NCBI GenBank assembly: GCA_963817955.1
Contig: CAWFQK010000001.1
Coordinates: 1-64,000, forward strand
Length of the DNA stretch: 64,000 nucleotides
Reading direction: 5' to 3'
Source of the DNA: an uncultured Gemmatimonadaceae bacterium
GTDB lineage: Bacteria; Gemmatimonadota; Gemmatimonadetes; Gemmatimonadales; Gemmatimonadaceae
In this document: positions 29,861 to 39,442 of the stretch, in pieces
Position numbering within the stretch: the first letter of the stretch is position 1
Layout of the letters: each line of letters begins with the position of its first letter
Notes under the pieces: model-generated
The model's database searches: none
Told to the model about the DNA's origin: nothing
Seen by the model: only the letters and a program-made list of their open reading frames with translations
Made by a program: the position numbers and the translations under genes

Positions 29861-30048
29861 TGCCCTCGACTCCCTTCCAGGGGTGCGCGACGTCGTTCCA
29901 GATAAGCTATTCTTCGGCATCTCATCCAGACAGACCTCGCGCGCATCAGGGCGGTTTGGGCGCCCCATGGCCGAACCCGCTGGGGTGGCGCGCCGCGTCG
30001 CCGCTCGTTGTATTCTTCACTTGGGACCCGCGCCGAGAGCGGAGCAAC

Positions 30049-30396
30049 ATGGCACGATTGACACGCAAAAAAGGCACACCAGCTAGCAAGAAGCCGCGGA
30101 CGGACAAGTCCGACTACTTCACGCAGCCCGGAAAGCGTGGCGCGATCATCGTGCTGCGGAAGCCGATCGGCAACCGTGCGGCGGCCAAGGTCTGCGGCGT
30201 CATGCCGAGCCGGGTGCACGCCAAGATGCTGATGACCCAGCTCGAGCGTGCGGAATCCGTGGTCAAAGACCTGTTCCTCGAGGCGACGGACGACGGCATC
30301 GAGGCGCTCGAGGCGGTCCTGGCCGCCTGCTGCAAAGAGGTGCTGGACAAAGGCCCCAAGGTGCGCCAAAGCGACAGCTCAGGGGAGAGCGTCTAG
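30049..30396 (+). CDS. Hypothetical protein with a basic N-terminus
   Basis: GGAG RBS followed by MARLTRKKG; coding-like GC3. Confidence 0.6.
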   Translation: MARLTRKKGTPASKKPRTDKSDYFTQPGKRGAIIVLRKPIGNRAAAKVCGVMPSRVHAKMLMTQLERAESVVKDLFLEATDDGIEALEAVLAACCKEVLDKGPKVRQSDSSGESV

Positions 30397-31337
30397 GCCG
30401 GTTCCGTATCGCTCAGCTTCCGCACATCGATACTCACGACACCTTGCTGGTCGATGGGATTGTAGATGTTCACGAAGCGGTGCCCGAACACGACCTCATC
30501 CGGCTTGTACGATGAGCGCGCGTGCACCGTCTGCGCGAACGTTTCGTCCGTGCCGGCCAGCAGGATCATGAACTCGGCCTCCTTGGCCACGAGATCGGCG
30601 AGCGTCAAGCCGAAGAGCGGACTTCGCTCGCTGATCGGGTGAACGATGGTCCAACTCAGCGGAAAGAAGACGACGCGTGCGCGCTCGAGGACGAGTTGGT
30701 CGTACGTGCGAGACGTCCCCTCGATGCGAGTGAACAACACGCTCGCCTCGAGGTTCAACAGTTGATTGGTCCGCTCGTTGACGATGCGGAACTCGAAGGC
30801 GGTCATGCCGCGGTACGGGGCGACGACCGCGCGGTCGCTGAACACCACGGCGGCGGTGGGTCGGGCAAAACGGGCGAAGAGGATGCCCGTTCCGAGCGCG
30901 AACACGAGCAGACCGGTGAGCGACTCAACGGTCATCACAAAATGCGCAGGCAGCCCATTCGGCGTCACAGTGCCATACCCGATCGTGCCCAGCGTTTCGA
31001 CGCTGAAGAAGAACGCGCGCCAGAACCCGTCGCCCAGTGCAGTACGCGGCGGCCCCATCAGCGATCCAGTCCCGCAGGCGAGATAGGCCAGCGCGAACAC
31101 GACATTCGCGCCAACGTAGCCCGCTAGAATCAGCGCAAAGAAGCGCGGCCAACCGATCGTCAGAAAGTAGTGGTAGAGACTCAGCGACCGAAGAAACGAC
31201 AGCCCTTTGCGCTGTGGACTGAACGTTCCGTCGCGATTGAGCAGCCGCTTCTCATTGACACCACCAACGACGGTGCCGAAGCCGAGATCCTGGGGTTCGT
31301 CTTGAAAGCCAGGCATTGGGCGCTGGACGTTAGACAT
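30393..31337 (-). CDS. Inward-rectifier potassium channel (KirBac-like)
   Basis: AFFFSVETLGTIGYG selectivity filter, FARFARP, WTIVHPI..SPL. Confidence 0.93.
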   Translation of the reverse strand: MSNVQRPMPGFQDEPQDLGFGTVVGGVNEKRLLNRDGTFSPQRKGLSFLRSLSLYHYFLTIGWPRFFALILAGYVGANVVFALAYLACGTGSLMGPPRTALGDGFWRAFFFSVETLGTIGYGTVTPNGLPAHFVMTVESLTGLLVFALGTGILFARFARPTAAVVFSDRAVVAPYRGMTAFEFRIVNERTNQLLNLEASVLFTRIEGTSRTYDQLVLERARVVFFPLSWTIVHPISERSPLFGLTLADLVAKEAEFMILLAGTDETFAQTVHARSSYKPDEVVFGHRFVNIYNPIDQQGVVSIDVRKLSDTEPA

Positions 31338-31368
31338 TTGACGCTCAATAAAGAGAAAGAACCATGCT

Positions 31369-31411
31369 GCTATGGAAACGGCACACCGTCTCGGTGTGCC
31401 GTTTCCATAGC
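31369..31411. repeat. Perfect 20-bp inverted repeat
   Basis: GCTATGGAAACGGCACACCG-tct-CGGTGTGCCGTTTCCATAGC. Confidence 0.9.
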
Positions 31412-31454
31412 CAATCACATTGCCAGCGTCGAACGTCTAACGTTTACACGAGTA

Positions 31455-34400
31455 TCATGGCACCACAGGCGGCACCACCGCCGGCTGCGCCGCTTTCAGC
31501 TGCTTCCAGTAATCGTCCATCTGGATGCGCGGTATGCCCTTGGTCATCCAGTCCGGGGCCGGCGTGCCCATGAGGTAATGATCGAACCAGTCCCGCTGGC
31601 GCATGGCGTAGTCCTTCTGGTTCACCGGGCGCGCGAGACCGTGATTCTCGCCGACGTACTCGAGCAGGATGACGTCCTTGCCCATCTGACGGAGCGTGTT
31701 GAAGTATGTGATGCCCTGATTGAAATCCACCGCGCCATCCTTGTCATCGTGCAGGATGATGAGCGGCGTCTTCACGTTCTTCGCGTGGAAGACCGGCGAG
31801 TTCCGAATGTAGGCTTCGTAATTGTCGGCCACGTTGCCCTTGAAGCGGCCCTGGCTCGATTCGAAGATCGCCTGGTTGGTGCCACCGGAATTCCAGTAGA
31901 TCGAGCTGTACATGCTCACCATGTCGGTGAGCGGCGCTCCGGCGATCGCGGCCTTGAAGATGTTCGTCTGCGTGACCATGAACGCCGTCTGGTAGCCGCC
32001 CCACGAATGGCCCCACAGACCCACCTTGGCCGAATCCACGATGCCCGTCGCGACGGCCGCCTTCACGGCCGGGACCAGCGCCCAAACGGCCGACATGCCG
32101 GGATCATTGATCTTGTACACGATGTCCGGGTCGAGCACCGCATACCCGTGGCTCGTGTAGATGCTGCGGTTTGGCGTGCTCGTCTCGTTCAGCGTGACGT
32201 AGCTGTTCGCCAGGTTTGACCGCTTCTCGTAGATGGTGACGAGCAGTGGGTACTTCTTCCCTGGCTCGTAATTCGCCGGCAGGTACAGCGCGCCCTGCAG
32301 CTTGTCGCCTTTCGCCGTGGTGTAGCTGATCAGCTTGACGCCGCTGGTCCACGCGAAGTCCTTCTGCTGCGGATTGGCGTCGGTGATCTGCTGGCCTGGC
32401 TTGAACGACGCGTCCGTCACGTAGTAGTTCGGAAAGTCGATTGCCGTCTGCCTCGTGTACACGAACACATCGGCATCCTTTGCCTTCTGGTACGCGAGCT
32501 TCGCATCGTCCCACACCAGACGCTGCGCCCCAGGCTTGGACGGGTCGACCTTTGACACGCCTTCCTTCTTGGTCCACTCGCCATACGTGCTGAAGTAGAC
32601 TGGCTTCGAAAGGTCGATCCCGTTCGCCGCCTGCCCGCCGCGACCACCGCGGCCGCCGCTCACCGCCGGTCGGTCATTGTCGAACGCGTACACACGCTGG
32701 TAGCGGATCTGCTCCTTCTTGCCGTTCCCCGTCAGATTCACCGGCGCGCCGCCGTGGACCGGCACCTTCCAGACGTCAAAACCATCTGAGAGAAGCACGG
32801 CGCTCCCGTCCTTGGACCAGCCGAGCGGCGGCACCGGGGGCGGCACGAGGTTGTTGTGGTCGTCCGACGTATCAGCGAACACCGTTGGTGGGTTCTTCAT
32901 CAGCAGATGCTTCTCACCCGTCGCAACGTCGCCAATCCACCACTTTGCGTCATCGCCCCAGTACAGGAGGTTGCGACCATCGGGTGACGGCAGCGTCACC
33001 GACGCCAGATGCTTCTTGAGCAGCAGCTTGCGCTCGCCTGCCTTGAGGTCGACGGCATAAAGGTCCTCATAGCGGCGTCCGCTGTAGCTCGCCTGCTGAT
33101 CGTAATCGTGAGTATCGACGCCATACGCGAAGTGATCGTGGCCAGCCGTTGAAACCGTGCGCAGAGCGTCGTCGGACAACCGAACGAACTTGTTGTCGGC
33201 AACGCGATAGAACGAGAGGTAGTTGAACGCGCGGTCCTGTGCTTCCTGCACGATCTGCTGCGACTGCAGCCGCGGGTCCTTGGCATTCCAGAGGATCAGC
33301 GTCGGATTGTCATCCGGTGTATCGCTGACACGCGGTTGGTTGACGGTTCCACCGACGCCTGGTGCGCCCGCCTGAATCATGTTGTTGTTCCCGCGACCGT
33401 TCGCGGCGACCGTGCGATCATTCGCCGGCGCCTTTTTCGCCTCCCGAATGCCAAAGAACAGGGTGCCCAGGTCGTCTGAGAAACGCGGCGCACGGTCGGC
33501 GACAATCTTCATTCCCTTCGGGAAGTCACTGTGCTGTGCCGGATCGAACACCACTTTCTTGGGCGACGGCACGCTCACGTTGTTGAAGCTCACGACGGAG
33601 AACAGCGTATCGTGCGTCGTCGAGTCGGCCTTGCCGCGCAGCACCACGAGTGCGTATGCGCTGTCGGACCAGACGAGATGCCGGTACAGCGCGTGATCGG
33701 AATCGACGGCGCGCACGACATCCGTGCGCATGTTACGCAGCTGCACGCCGTTTCCGATCTGGTCCCGCGCGTCGATGGTGTATGCGAGCCACTCGCCCGT
33801 GTCGTCGAAACTGAACTCGGCCACGTTGCCCACGTTCACGGCATCGCCGCTCGACAGATTGTAGAGCACCACGTCGCTGCCATCGACGCGAGCCTGTGGC
33901 GCGCCACCAGCACCGCCACGACCGCCAGCGGCGGGTGCCGCGGCGCCGGCCGGCGCGGACTGAGCCGGATAGCTCTGCATCGCCACCCAAGTTGGCTTGT
34001 CGCCGTTGAACACGAAACGACGCACCCGGTCGAAGTCTTTCTTCTCGCCCGTGGCGAGGTTGACGAGCGCCATCTTGTTCTGAGTCGGAGCTGCCGGAGG
34101 CGCCGCCGCGGCGCCCGGCGGGCCGCCCCGACCGGCGCCGCGACCGCCGCGACCGTTCGTCGAGGGTGGGTACACCGTGAACGCCACCCAGCGCGAGTCG
34201 CCGCTGATCGAGAGCGACGCGCTGCCTCCGCCGGCGCCACCACCGGCGCCACCACCACCCGCGTCTCCGATCGGGAACTTCATCTCCTTCCCATCGGCGC
34301 CGGTCGAACGAATGATGACATTGGCGTCGCCTTCGTTGGGCGCCAAGACGTAGGCGAACCATTTGCCATCGTTCGACAGCACTGACTGGCGAATGCTCTT

Positions 34401-34559
34401 CCACGCCTTGAGGTCGGCGGCCTGCAACTGCTTCGTTCCGCGCGACGGCGTTGTCTGCTGGGCCCGCGCGATTGGCGCGAACGCAAGAAGGAGGGCGGCG
34501 GGAGCGCAGGCAAGGCGAATCTGCCAGGCTCGCGCGCGCGGAGGGGGTGCAAGGCGCAT
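31455..34559 (-). CDS. S9 family peptidase, large exported
   Basis: GHSWGG nucleophile, DGAVD, ENHG; propeller-like N-terminus with Gly/Arg inserts. Confidence 0.93.
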   Translation of the reverse strand: MRLAPPPRARAWQIRLACAPAALLLAFAPIARAQQTTPSRGTKQLQAADLKAWKSIRQSVLSNDGKWFAYVLAPNEGDANVIIRSTGADGKEMKFPIGDAGGGGAGGGAGGGSASLSISGDSRWVAFTVYPPSTNGRGGRGAGRGGPPGAAAAPPAAPTQNKMALVNLATGEKKDFDRVRRFVFNGDKPTWVAMQSYPAQSAPAGAAAPAAGGRGGAGGAPQARVDGSDVVLYNLSSGDAVNVGNVAEFSFDDTGEWLAYTIDARDQIGNGVQLRNMRTDVVRAVDSDHALYRHLVWSDSAYALVVLRGKADSTTHDTLFSVVSFNNVSVPSPKKVVFDPAQHSDFPKGMKIVADRAPRFSDDLGTLFFGIREAKKAPANDRTVAANGRGNNNMIQAGAPGVGGTVNQPRVSDTPDDNPTLILWNAKDPRLQSQQIVQEAQDRAFNYLSFYRVADNKFVRLSDDALRTVSTAGHDHFAYGVDTHDYDQQASYSGRRYEDLYAVDLKAGERKLLLKKHLASVTLPSPDGRNLLYWGDDAKWWIGDVATGEKHLLMKNPPTVFADTSDDHNNLVPPPVPPLGWSKDGSAVLLSDGFDVWKVPVHGGAPVNLTGNGKKEQIRYQRVYAFDNDRPAVSGGRGGRGGQAANGIDLSKPVYFSTYGEWTKKEGVSKVDPSKPGAQRLVWDDAKLAYQKAKDADVFVYTRQTAIDFPNYYVTDASFKPGQQITDANPQQKDFAWTSGVKLISYTTAKGDKLQGALYLPANYEPGKKYPLLVTIYEKRSNLANSYVTLNETSTPNRSIYTSHGYAVLDPDIVYKINDPGMSAVWALVPAVKAAVATGIVDSAKVGLWGHSWGGYQTAFMVTQTNIFKAAIAGAPLTDMVSMYSSIYWNSGGTNQAIFESSQGRFKGNVADNYEAYIRNSPVFHAKNVKTPLIILHDDKDGAVDFNQGITYFNTLRQMGKDVILLEYVGENHGLARPVNQKDYAMRQRDWFDHYLMGTPAPDWMTKGIPRIQMDDYWKQLKAAQPAVVPPVVP

Positions 34560-34745
34560 GGTGACTCCCCGTCACTGTGAGACGGCACTACAGGGTGAAG
34601 TGAAGCCAGGAACGTACGGATTGGGCGCTTACCTGTCCATCTACGGAAAACGCTAAAGCCCCCCACTTTACTGACCGATACTTCTTCGTGGAAGGTCTTA
34701 CCCCCGGCTGAATTCGGTCGGGGTACTCGCATGGCCGGGAGCATT

Positions 34746-35312
34746 ATGCGGAAAACGATCATGGGCGCCGCCGTCTTTGGCGCCGCGGCGCTGATAAGCT
34801 ACGGCTGCCACCAGGCGCCGCGCCCGTCGCACATTCCCGACGCGTTGGGTAATGCCGCTCCAATCCGGGACGTGACCGCGGAGGCGCACATCCGGGACAT
34901 TGAAATGGAGCCATACGACGCGGTGGACCATCTCTACCGGAACGCCAAGAGCCAGCTCCCAACTTCGGTGCGCCTGGCCGTCCTGGACACGGCGGATTGG
35001 GATGCGATCTGGAAGCGAATGGTCGGCACGAACCCCCCAGCACCCCTTCCGCCCGTGGATTTCTCGCGTGAAATGCTGCTCGTCGTCGGCATGGGTCAGG
35101 CGCCTTGCATGGGCTACCAGATCAGCGTCGACACGGTGTTCCGTGACAAGGACAAACGCATCTACGCCGTCGTTCGCGAGCGGCATCACGGCTCGCGCTG
35201 CGGTTGTCTGAACGAAGTCGTCTCGCCAGTAGACGTCGTCCGCGTGCCGCGCACAGTGCGGCCGGTGACCTTCCTCGAGCGGGCGGAGACGAATGTGTGC
35301 GAGGAGCGCTGA
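34746..35312 (+). CDS. PrcB C-terminal domain lipoprotein
   Basis: Lipobox SYGC; PPVDFSREMLLVVGMGQ..MGYQISV, SPVDVVRVP. Confidence 0.75.
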   Translation: MRKTIMGAAVFGAAALISYGCHQAPRPSHIPDALGNAAPIRDVTAEAHIRDIEMEPYDAVDHLYRNAKSQLPTSVRLAVLDTADWDAIWKRMVGTNPPAPLPPVDFSREMLLVVGMGQAPCMGYQISVDTVFRDKDKRIYAVVRERHHGSRCGCLNEVVSPVDVVRVPRTVRPVTFLERAETNVCEER

Positions 35313-35377
35313 CGGCTGGGCGAGACGCTAGACGCTAGTTGGTCAAGAAGGCACACGGGAACCCCGTGTGCCTTCTA

Positions 35378-36610
35378 TCATTCGCCCCCGAAAACCACCC
35401 CGTGTCGCTCGCGCCCCATCCAGGCGGCAACGGCGCCGAGGCTGAACACCGTGATCGCTGTGAACGCCATCGCGGTCGCATAGGTCATGTGATCGGCGAA
35501 CACCGCCTCGATGAACGCCACGGATCCCGCCACCGCCACGCCGCACTGGTAGGCGAATCCCGGCAGGAAGCCGCGGACGGAATCGGGTGCCAACTCGTTG
35601 ATGTGGACCGGGATCACGCCCCAGGCGCCCTGCACCATGAACTGCATCACGAATCCACCGACCATCAGCAGCGGCACCGTTGGGGCAAAGGCCCAGAGCG
35701 GAATGGCCACGATGGCCAAACACAGGGCAATCACGATCGATTTTCGCCGCCCAATGCGATCGGAGAAATGGCCGAATAGAATACCGCCGGTGATCGCGCC
35801 CAGGTTGGCGATCATCGTCACGATCGCCACCCGTTGCGGTGTGAAGTGCCAGTCGCGCTTGAGGAAGGTGGGGTACATGTCCTGTGTGCCGTGCGACACG
35901 AAGTTCATGAGCGCCATGAACACGAACAGATACAGGAACAGCTTCCAGTGCGACGCGAGGCCGCGCACGTACTCCGACCAGCTCTTGCGGGGCGTCCGCT
36001 CCCAGACCTCCGACTCCTGCACGAAGCTGCGTACGTACAGGGCAACGAGTGCGGGAATGCCGCCGATGAAGAACATCGGGCGCCAGCCCCATCGCGGGAA
36101 CACGAAGAAGTAGCAGATCGCCGCGAGAAGATTTCCGCAGGCGTATCCTTCCTGCAGGAGACCCGAGAAGATGCCGCGCCTGTGCCGAGGCGCCTTCTCC
36201 ATTGCGAGCGACGCGCCGACCCCCCACTCGCCGCCCATGCCAATGCCGAAGAGCGCGCGCAGTACGAGGAACGTCGTGAAGTTGTGCGCAAACCCGGTCG
36301 CCACTTCGACCACCGAGTAGAACACGAGGTCGATCATCAGTGGAATCTTCCGACCCCAGCGATCGGCCATCAGGCCGAAGACGAACGCCCCAACCGGACG
36401 GAACATCAGCGTGATCGTCAGCGACAGCGCGATCGCTTTGTCCGTTTGGCCAAAATCTTTGGCGATCGCGGTCAGCGTGTACGTGACGAGGAAGAAATCG
36501 AACGCATCGAGCGTCCAGCCGAGGAAGCTGGCGATCACCGCCGCGCGGTGGCCTTGCGCGACTGGCGCGTCGTACGACGCGCCCTTTGGCGGAGTCAAGG
36601 TTGCGCCCAC
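35378..36610 (-). CDS. MFS transporter (sialate/lactate SHS, Jen1-like)
   Basis: FLGWTLDAFDFF, DRWGRK, GMGGEWG, SHGTQDMYPT, GAWGVIP; start uncertain. Confidence 0.92.
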   Translation of the reverse strand: MGATLTPPKGASYDAPVAQGHRAAVIASFLGWTLDAFDFFLVTYTLTAIAKDFGQTDKAIALSLTITLMFRPVGAFVFGLMADRWGRKIPLMIDLVFYSVVEVATGFAHNFTTFLVLRALFGIGMGGEWGVGASLAMEKAPRHRRGIFSGLLQEGYACGNLLAAICYFFVFPRWGWRPMFFIGGIPALVALYVRSFVQESEVWERTPRKSWSEYVRGLASHWKLFLYLFVFMALMNFVSHGTQDMYPTFLKRDWHFTPQRVAIVTMIANLGAITGGILFGHFSDRIGRRKSIVIALCLAIVAIPLWAFAPTVPLLMVGGFVMQFMVQGAWGVIPVHINELAPDSVRGFLPGFAYQCGVAVAGSVAFIEAVFADHMTYATAMAFTAITVFSLGAVAAWMGRERHGVVFGGE

Positions 36611-36770
36611 GCCTAGTTGCCGCCCTTCGGAACCGCGCAGATCGCGACCTGCACGTCGAAGGTGTGATTCTGTGAACGGCGCATCGGACTCCCTGAGATC
36701 CCGTGTGAGTCGGGAATATGATGCGCCGTTCGGCTGCTCGCTACCAGTTGGCGGCTCAAGCGACGTCTCG

Positions 36771-38462
36771 TCAATAGCCGGCTGCGTGCCCGTCCTTTCG
36801 CGGGTCGGAGCCGGCCACATAGCCCCTCCCCAGCCTGATGATTGCCTGGCTGCCGCCGAACTGCGACGGCCGCGACACCACGACATCATGCCCCATGGCG
36901 CGAAGCTGTGCCACGACGCTGTCGGCAATGACGGGCTCGACGAGCACGCGCACGCCATCCATGTGGCGGAAACGGCCAGCGTCCATGGCCTCCTGCACGT
37001 TCATCCCGAACACGAGAATGTTGATGAGAAACTGTGCATGACCCTGCGCCTGCATTGCCCCACCCATCAGCCCAAAGCTCATCCACGGCTCGTCGCCCGT
37101 GCCGTCCGGCGCAGAGCGCGGGCCCGGCTTCGTGACGAATCCCGGAATGAGCGTGTGAAACGGACGCTTGCCCGGCGCAACGGTATTCGGTAGCCCCGGC
37201 TCGAGCGTGAATCCCGCTCCGCGATCGTGCAACGCGAACCCGGTCCCCGGCACCACGACACCCGATCCAAACTCGTCAAACAGGCTGTTGATGAACGACA
37301 CCATGTTGCCGTCCTTATCGGCAACGGTGAGATACACGGTCTCGCCCGACGTGCGCTCGGGACCCGGCTCAGCATGCACCTGCGGCTTATGCTCGTCGAC
37401 ATGCGACCGGCGCTCGGCAATGAATGCATCGCTGAGCAGATAGCTGGGCGGCACCGTGAGATGCTCGGCGTCGCCCACGTACCGTCCGAGATCGGCGTAG
37501 GCGAGCTTCTTGGCCTCGATCAAATGGTGCAGATACGGCGCGGAATTCTGTCCCATGGCCTGCAGGTCATATGGGTCGAGAATCCGCAGCATCTCCAGCG
37601 TGGCAATTCCCTGGTTGTTCGGGGGCAACTCCCAGACGCGGTAGCCCTTGAACATCGTCGAGATGGGCGTGACCCACGTCGGCTGATTGTTCTTGAGATC
37701 ATCCAGCGTGAGGAATCCGCCGAGTTTCTGTATGTGCTGCACGATGCGCTGGCCAAGCGCGCCCCCGTACAACGCGGCTGGTCCTTCCTTGGCCACTTGG
37801 CGCAGGGTAGCCGCATAATCAGGGTTTTGGAACCACTGGCCAGCCTTTGGCGTTGCGCCATTCACCAGGAACGTCGCACGAGCGCCGTCGTCATTCGTGA
37901 GTTTGCGTTGCTGGCCGAGCCAGTCGCCGGCAATGACGGGCGTGACGGGGAAACCCGTTTCCGCGTAATCGATCGCCGGTTGAAGCGCCTGCGCGAGCGT
38001 GATCGTGCCGTATTTGCGGAGGAGCTCGTTCCATCCGGCGAGTGCGCCGGGAACGGTCACCGTTTCAATGCCACCGGACGGCATGCGCGTGCGGCCGCGT
38101 TTGAGCAACGTCTCGCGCGTCATCAGCGATCCCGCACGGCCGCTGGCGTTGAGCGCCACGAGATGCTTCTCCTTGGCGCTCCAGATCAGCGCGAACATGT
38201 CGCCGCCAATGCCGGTCATCATCGGCTCGACCACAGACAGCACCGCCGCCGCGGTCACCGCCGCATCGATCGCATTGCCGCCGTGCTGCAGCACGTTGAG
38301 CGCCGCGGCCGTGGCGAGCGGCTGGCTCGTTGCGGCCACTCCGTTCGGCGCATATACGGGCGATCGTCCGGCCATCGTGGCGGCGCGCTGCGCGTCAGCC
38401 GCGGCGGGAATGAGCAACAACGCGGCGGCGCTCACCGCGCGACAGAAGGCAACTCGGGGCAT
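36771..38462 (-). CDS. Gamma-glutamyltransferase family (YwrD-like)
   Basis: GGNAIDAAV, GETVYL, SFINS, KRPFHTLIP, GLMGG.MQAQGH, GSDPRKDG. Confidence 0.93.
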   Translation of the reverse strand: MPRVAFCRAVSAAALLLIPAAADAQRAATMAGRSPVYAPNGVAATSQPLATAAALNVLQHGGNAIDAAVTAAAVLSVVEPMMTGIGGDMFALIWSAKEKHLVALNASGRAGSLMTRETLLKRGRTRMPSGGIETVTVPGALAGWNELLRKYGTITLAQALQPAIDYAETGFPVTPVIAGDWLGQQRKLTNDDGARATFLVNGATPKAGQWFQNPDYAATLRQVAKEGPAALYGGALGQRIVQHIQKLGGFLTLDDLKNNQPTWVTPISTMFKGYRVWELPPNNQGIATLEMLRILDPYDLQAMGQNSAPYLHHLIEAKKLAYADLGRYVGDAEHLTVPPSYLLSDAFIAERRSHVDEHKPQVHAEPGPERTSGETVYLTVADKDGNMVSFINSLFDEFGSGVVVPGTGFALHDRGAGFTLEPGLPNTVAPGKRPFHTLIPGFVTKPGPRSAPDGTGDEPWMSFGLMGGAMQAQGHAQFLINILVFGMNVQEAMDAGRFRHMDGVRVLVEPVIADSVVAQLRAMGHDVVVSRPSQFGGSQAIIRLGRGYVAGSDPRKDGHAAGY

Positions 38463-38507
38463 GAGGACAGTCCACGGTGTCAGGTGATGAGACTCGACGC
38501 GAGCATG

Positions 38508-39080
38508 CTAGCTGCCGAGCGCTCGCAGGTCGTCCGGCGTATCCACGTCGCGCGGCATGGGTGCATCGACATCCACATAAGCCACCGAGCGGGCGCTCCG
38601 CTCAATGAGCAGGCGCGCGCCGGCGTCGCCGTGCAGCTCGCACAGCGCGGGAAACAGCGCGCGTGCGAACAGCACGGGGTGCCCTCCAATACCACGATAG
38701 CGCGCGCTCACGATGGGTTTCCCGGTCTCACGCCAGCAAGCGATCACAGCCTGAATCACGCCAGGGTCGATGCTGGGTTGGTCTCCCATCGCGATCACTG
38801 CCGCTTCGGCATCGTCGCCCAACGCAGCAATGCCACGAGCCAGTGAGCCGCCCAGTCCATCTATCCAGTGTGCATTCTCGACGATCGACAGATCGAGGCT
38901 GGCCAGTGCGGTACGCACCTCATCCGCGGCGCTGCCGACCACAACGATGCATGCGTCGGTCACGCCGCTCAGCGTTTGCGCAGCATGGCGCACGACCGGC
39001 TTGCCGTGGAGCGGCGCGACGAGCTTCTGCGCCCCGAAACGGCGAGCTCCGCCGGCGGCGAGCAGCACGCCGGCGATCAT
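38508..39080 (-). CDS. Molybdenum cofactor cytidylyltransferase-like nucleotidyltransferase (MocA family)
   Basis: LLAAGGARRFG..K, MGDQP, GHPVLF, GDAGAR, DVDTPDD. Confidence 0.9.
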   Translation of the reverse strand: MIAGVLLAAGGARRFGAQKLVAPLHGKPVVRHAAQTLSGVTDACIVVVGSAADEVRTALASLDLSIVENAHWIDGLGGSLARGIAALGDDAEAAVIAMGDQPSIDPGVIQAVIACWRETGKPIVSARYRGIGGHPVLFARALFPALCELHGDAGARLLIERSARSVAYVDVDAPMPRDVDTPDDLRALGS

Positions 39081-39442
39081 GCGAGCGATGCGATTGCGCG
39101 ATGCATGGTGTCCAGGGGCAGCGTGGCGCACTTGCGACGCGCCGGCGGCGGCTCGCCTTCCAACGCGTTGGCGATCCATGCCGCGTCAATGCCCCGCAGT
39201 TCGCTCAGCGACAGGCCCCGCACCTGCTCCGTGAGCAGCGACGCCGATGCAATGCACAGCGCACAGGCGTCGGCAGTGAATTTCGCATCGGTAATCCGGT
39301 CGCCTTCGGTGCGCAGCTGAACTCGAATGCGATCGCCGCAGAGCGGATTTGCGCCCTCGGCTTCGGCCGTCGCGTTGGCAAGCGGCCCTCGGTTTCGCGG
39401 CTGGCGAAAATGCTGGAGCACGACAGCGCGGAATGTCGTCAC
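39077..39442 (-). CDS. IscU/SufU-like Fe-S scaffold protein
   Basis: HFRQPRNRG, NPLCGD, ACALCIASAS, RRKCA. Confidence 0.9.
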   Translation of the reverse strand: MTTFRAVVLQHFRQPRNRGPLANATAEAEGANPLCGDRIRVQLRTEGDRITDAKFTADACALCIASASLLTEQVRGLSLSELRGIDAAWIANALEGEPPPARRKCATLPLDTMHRAIASLA

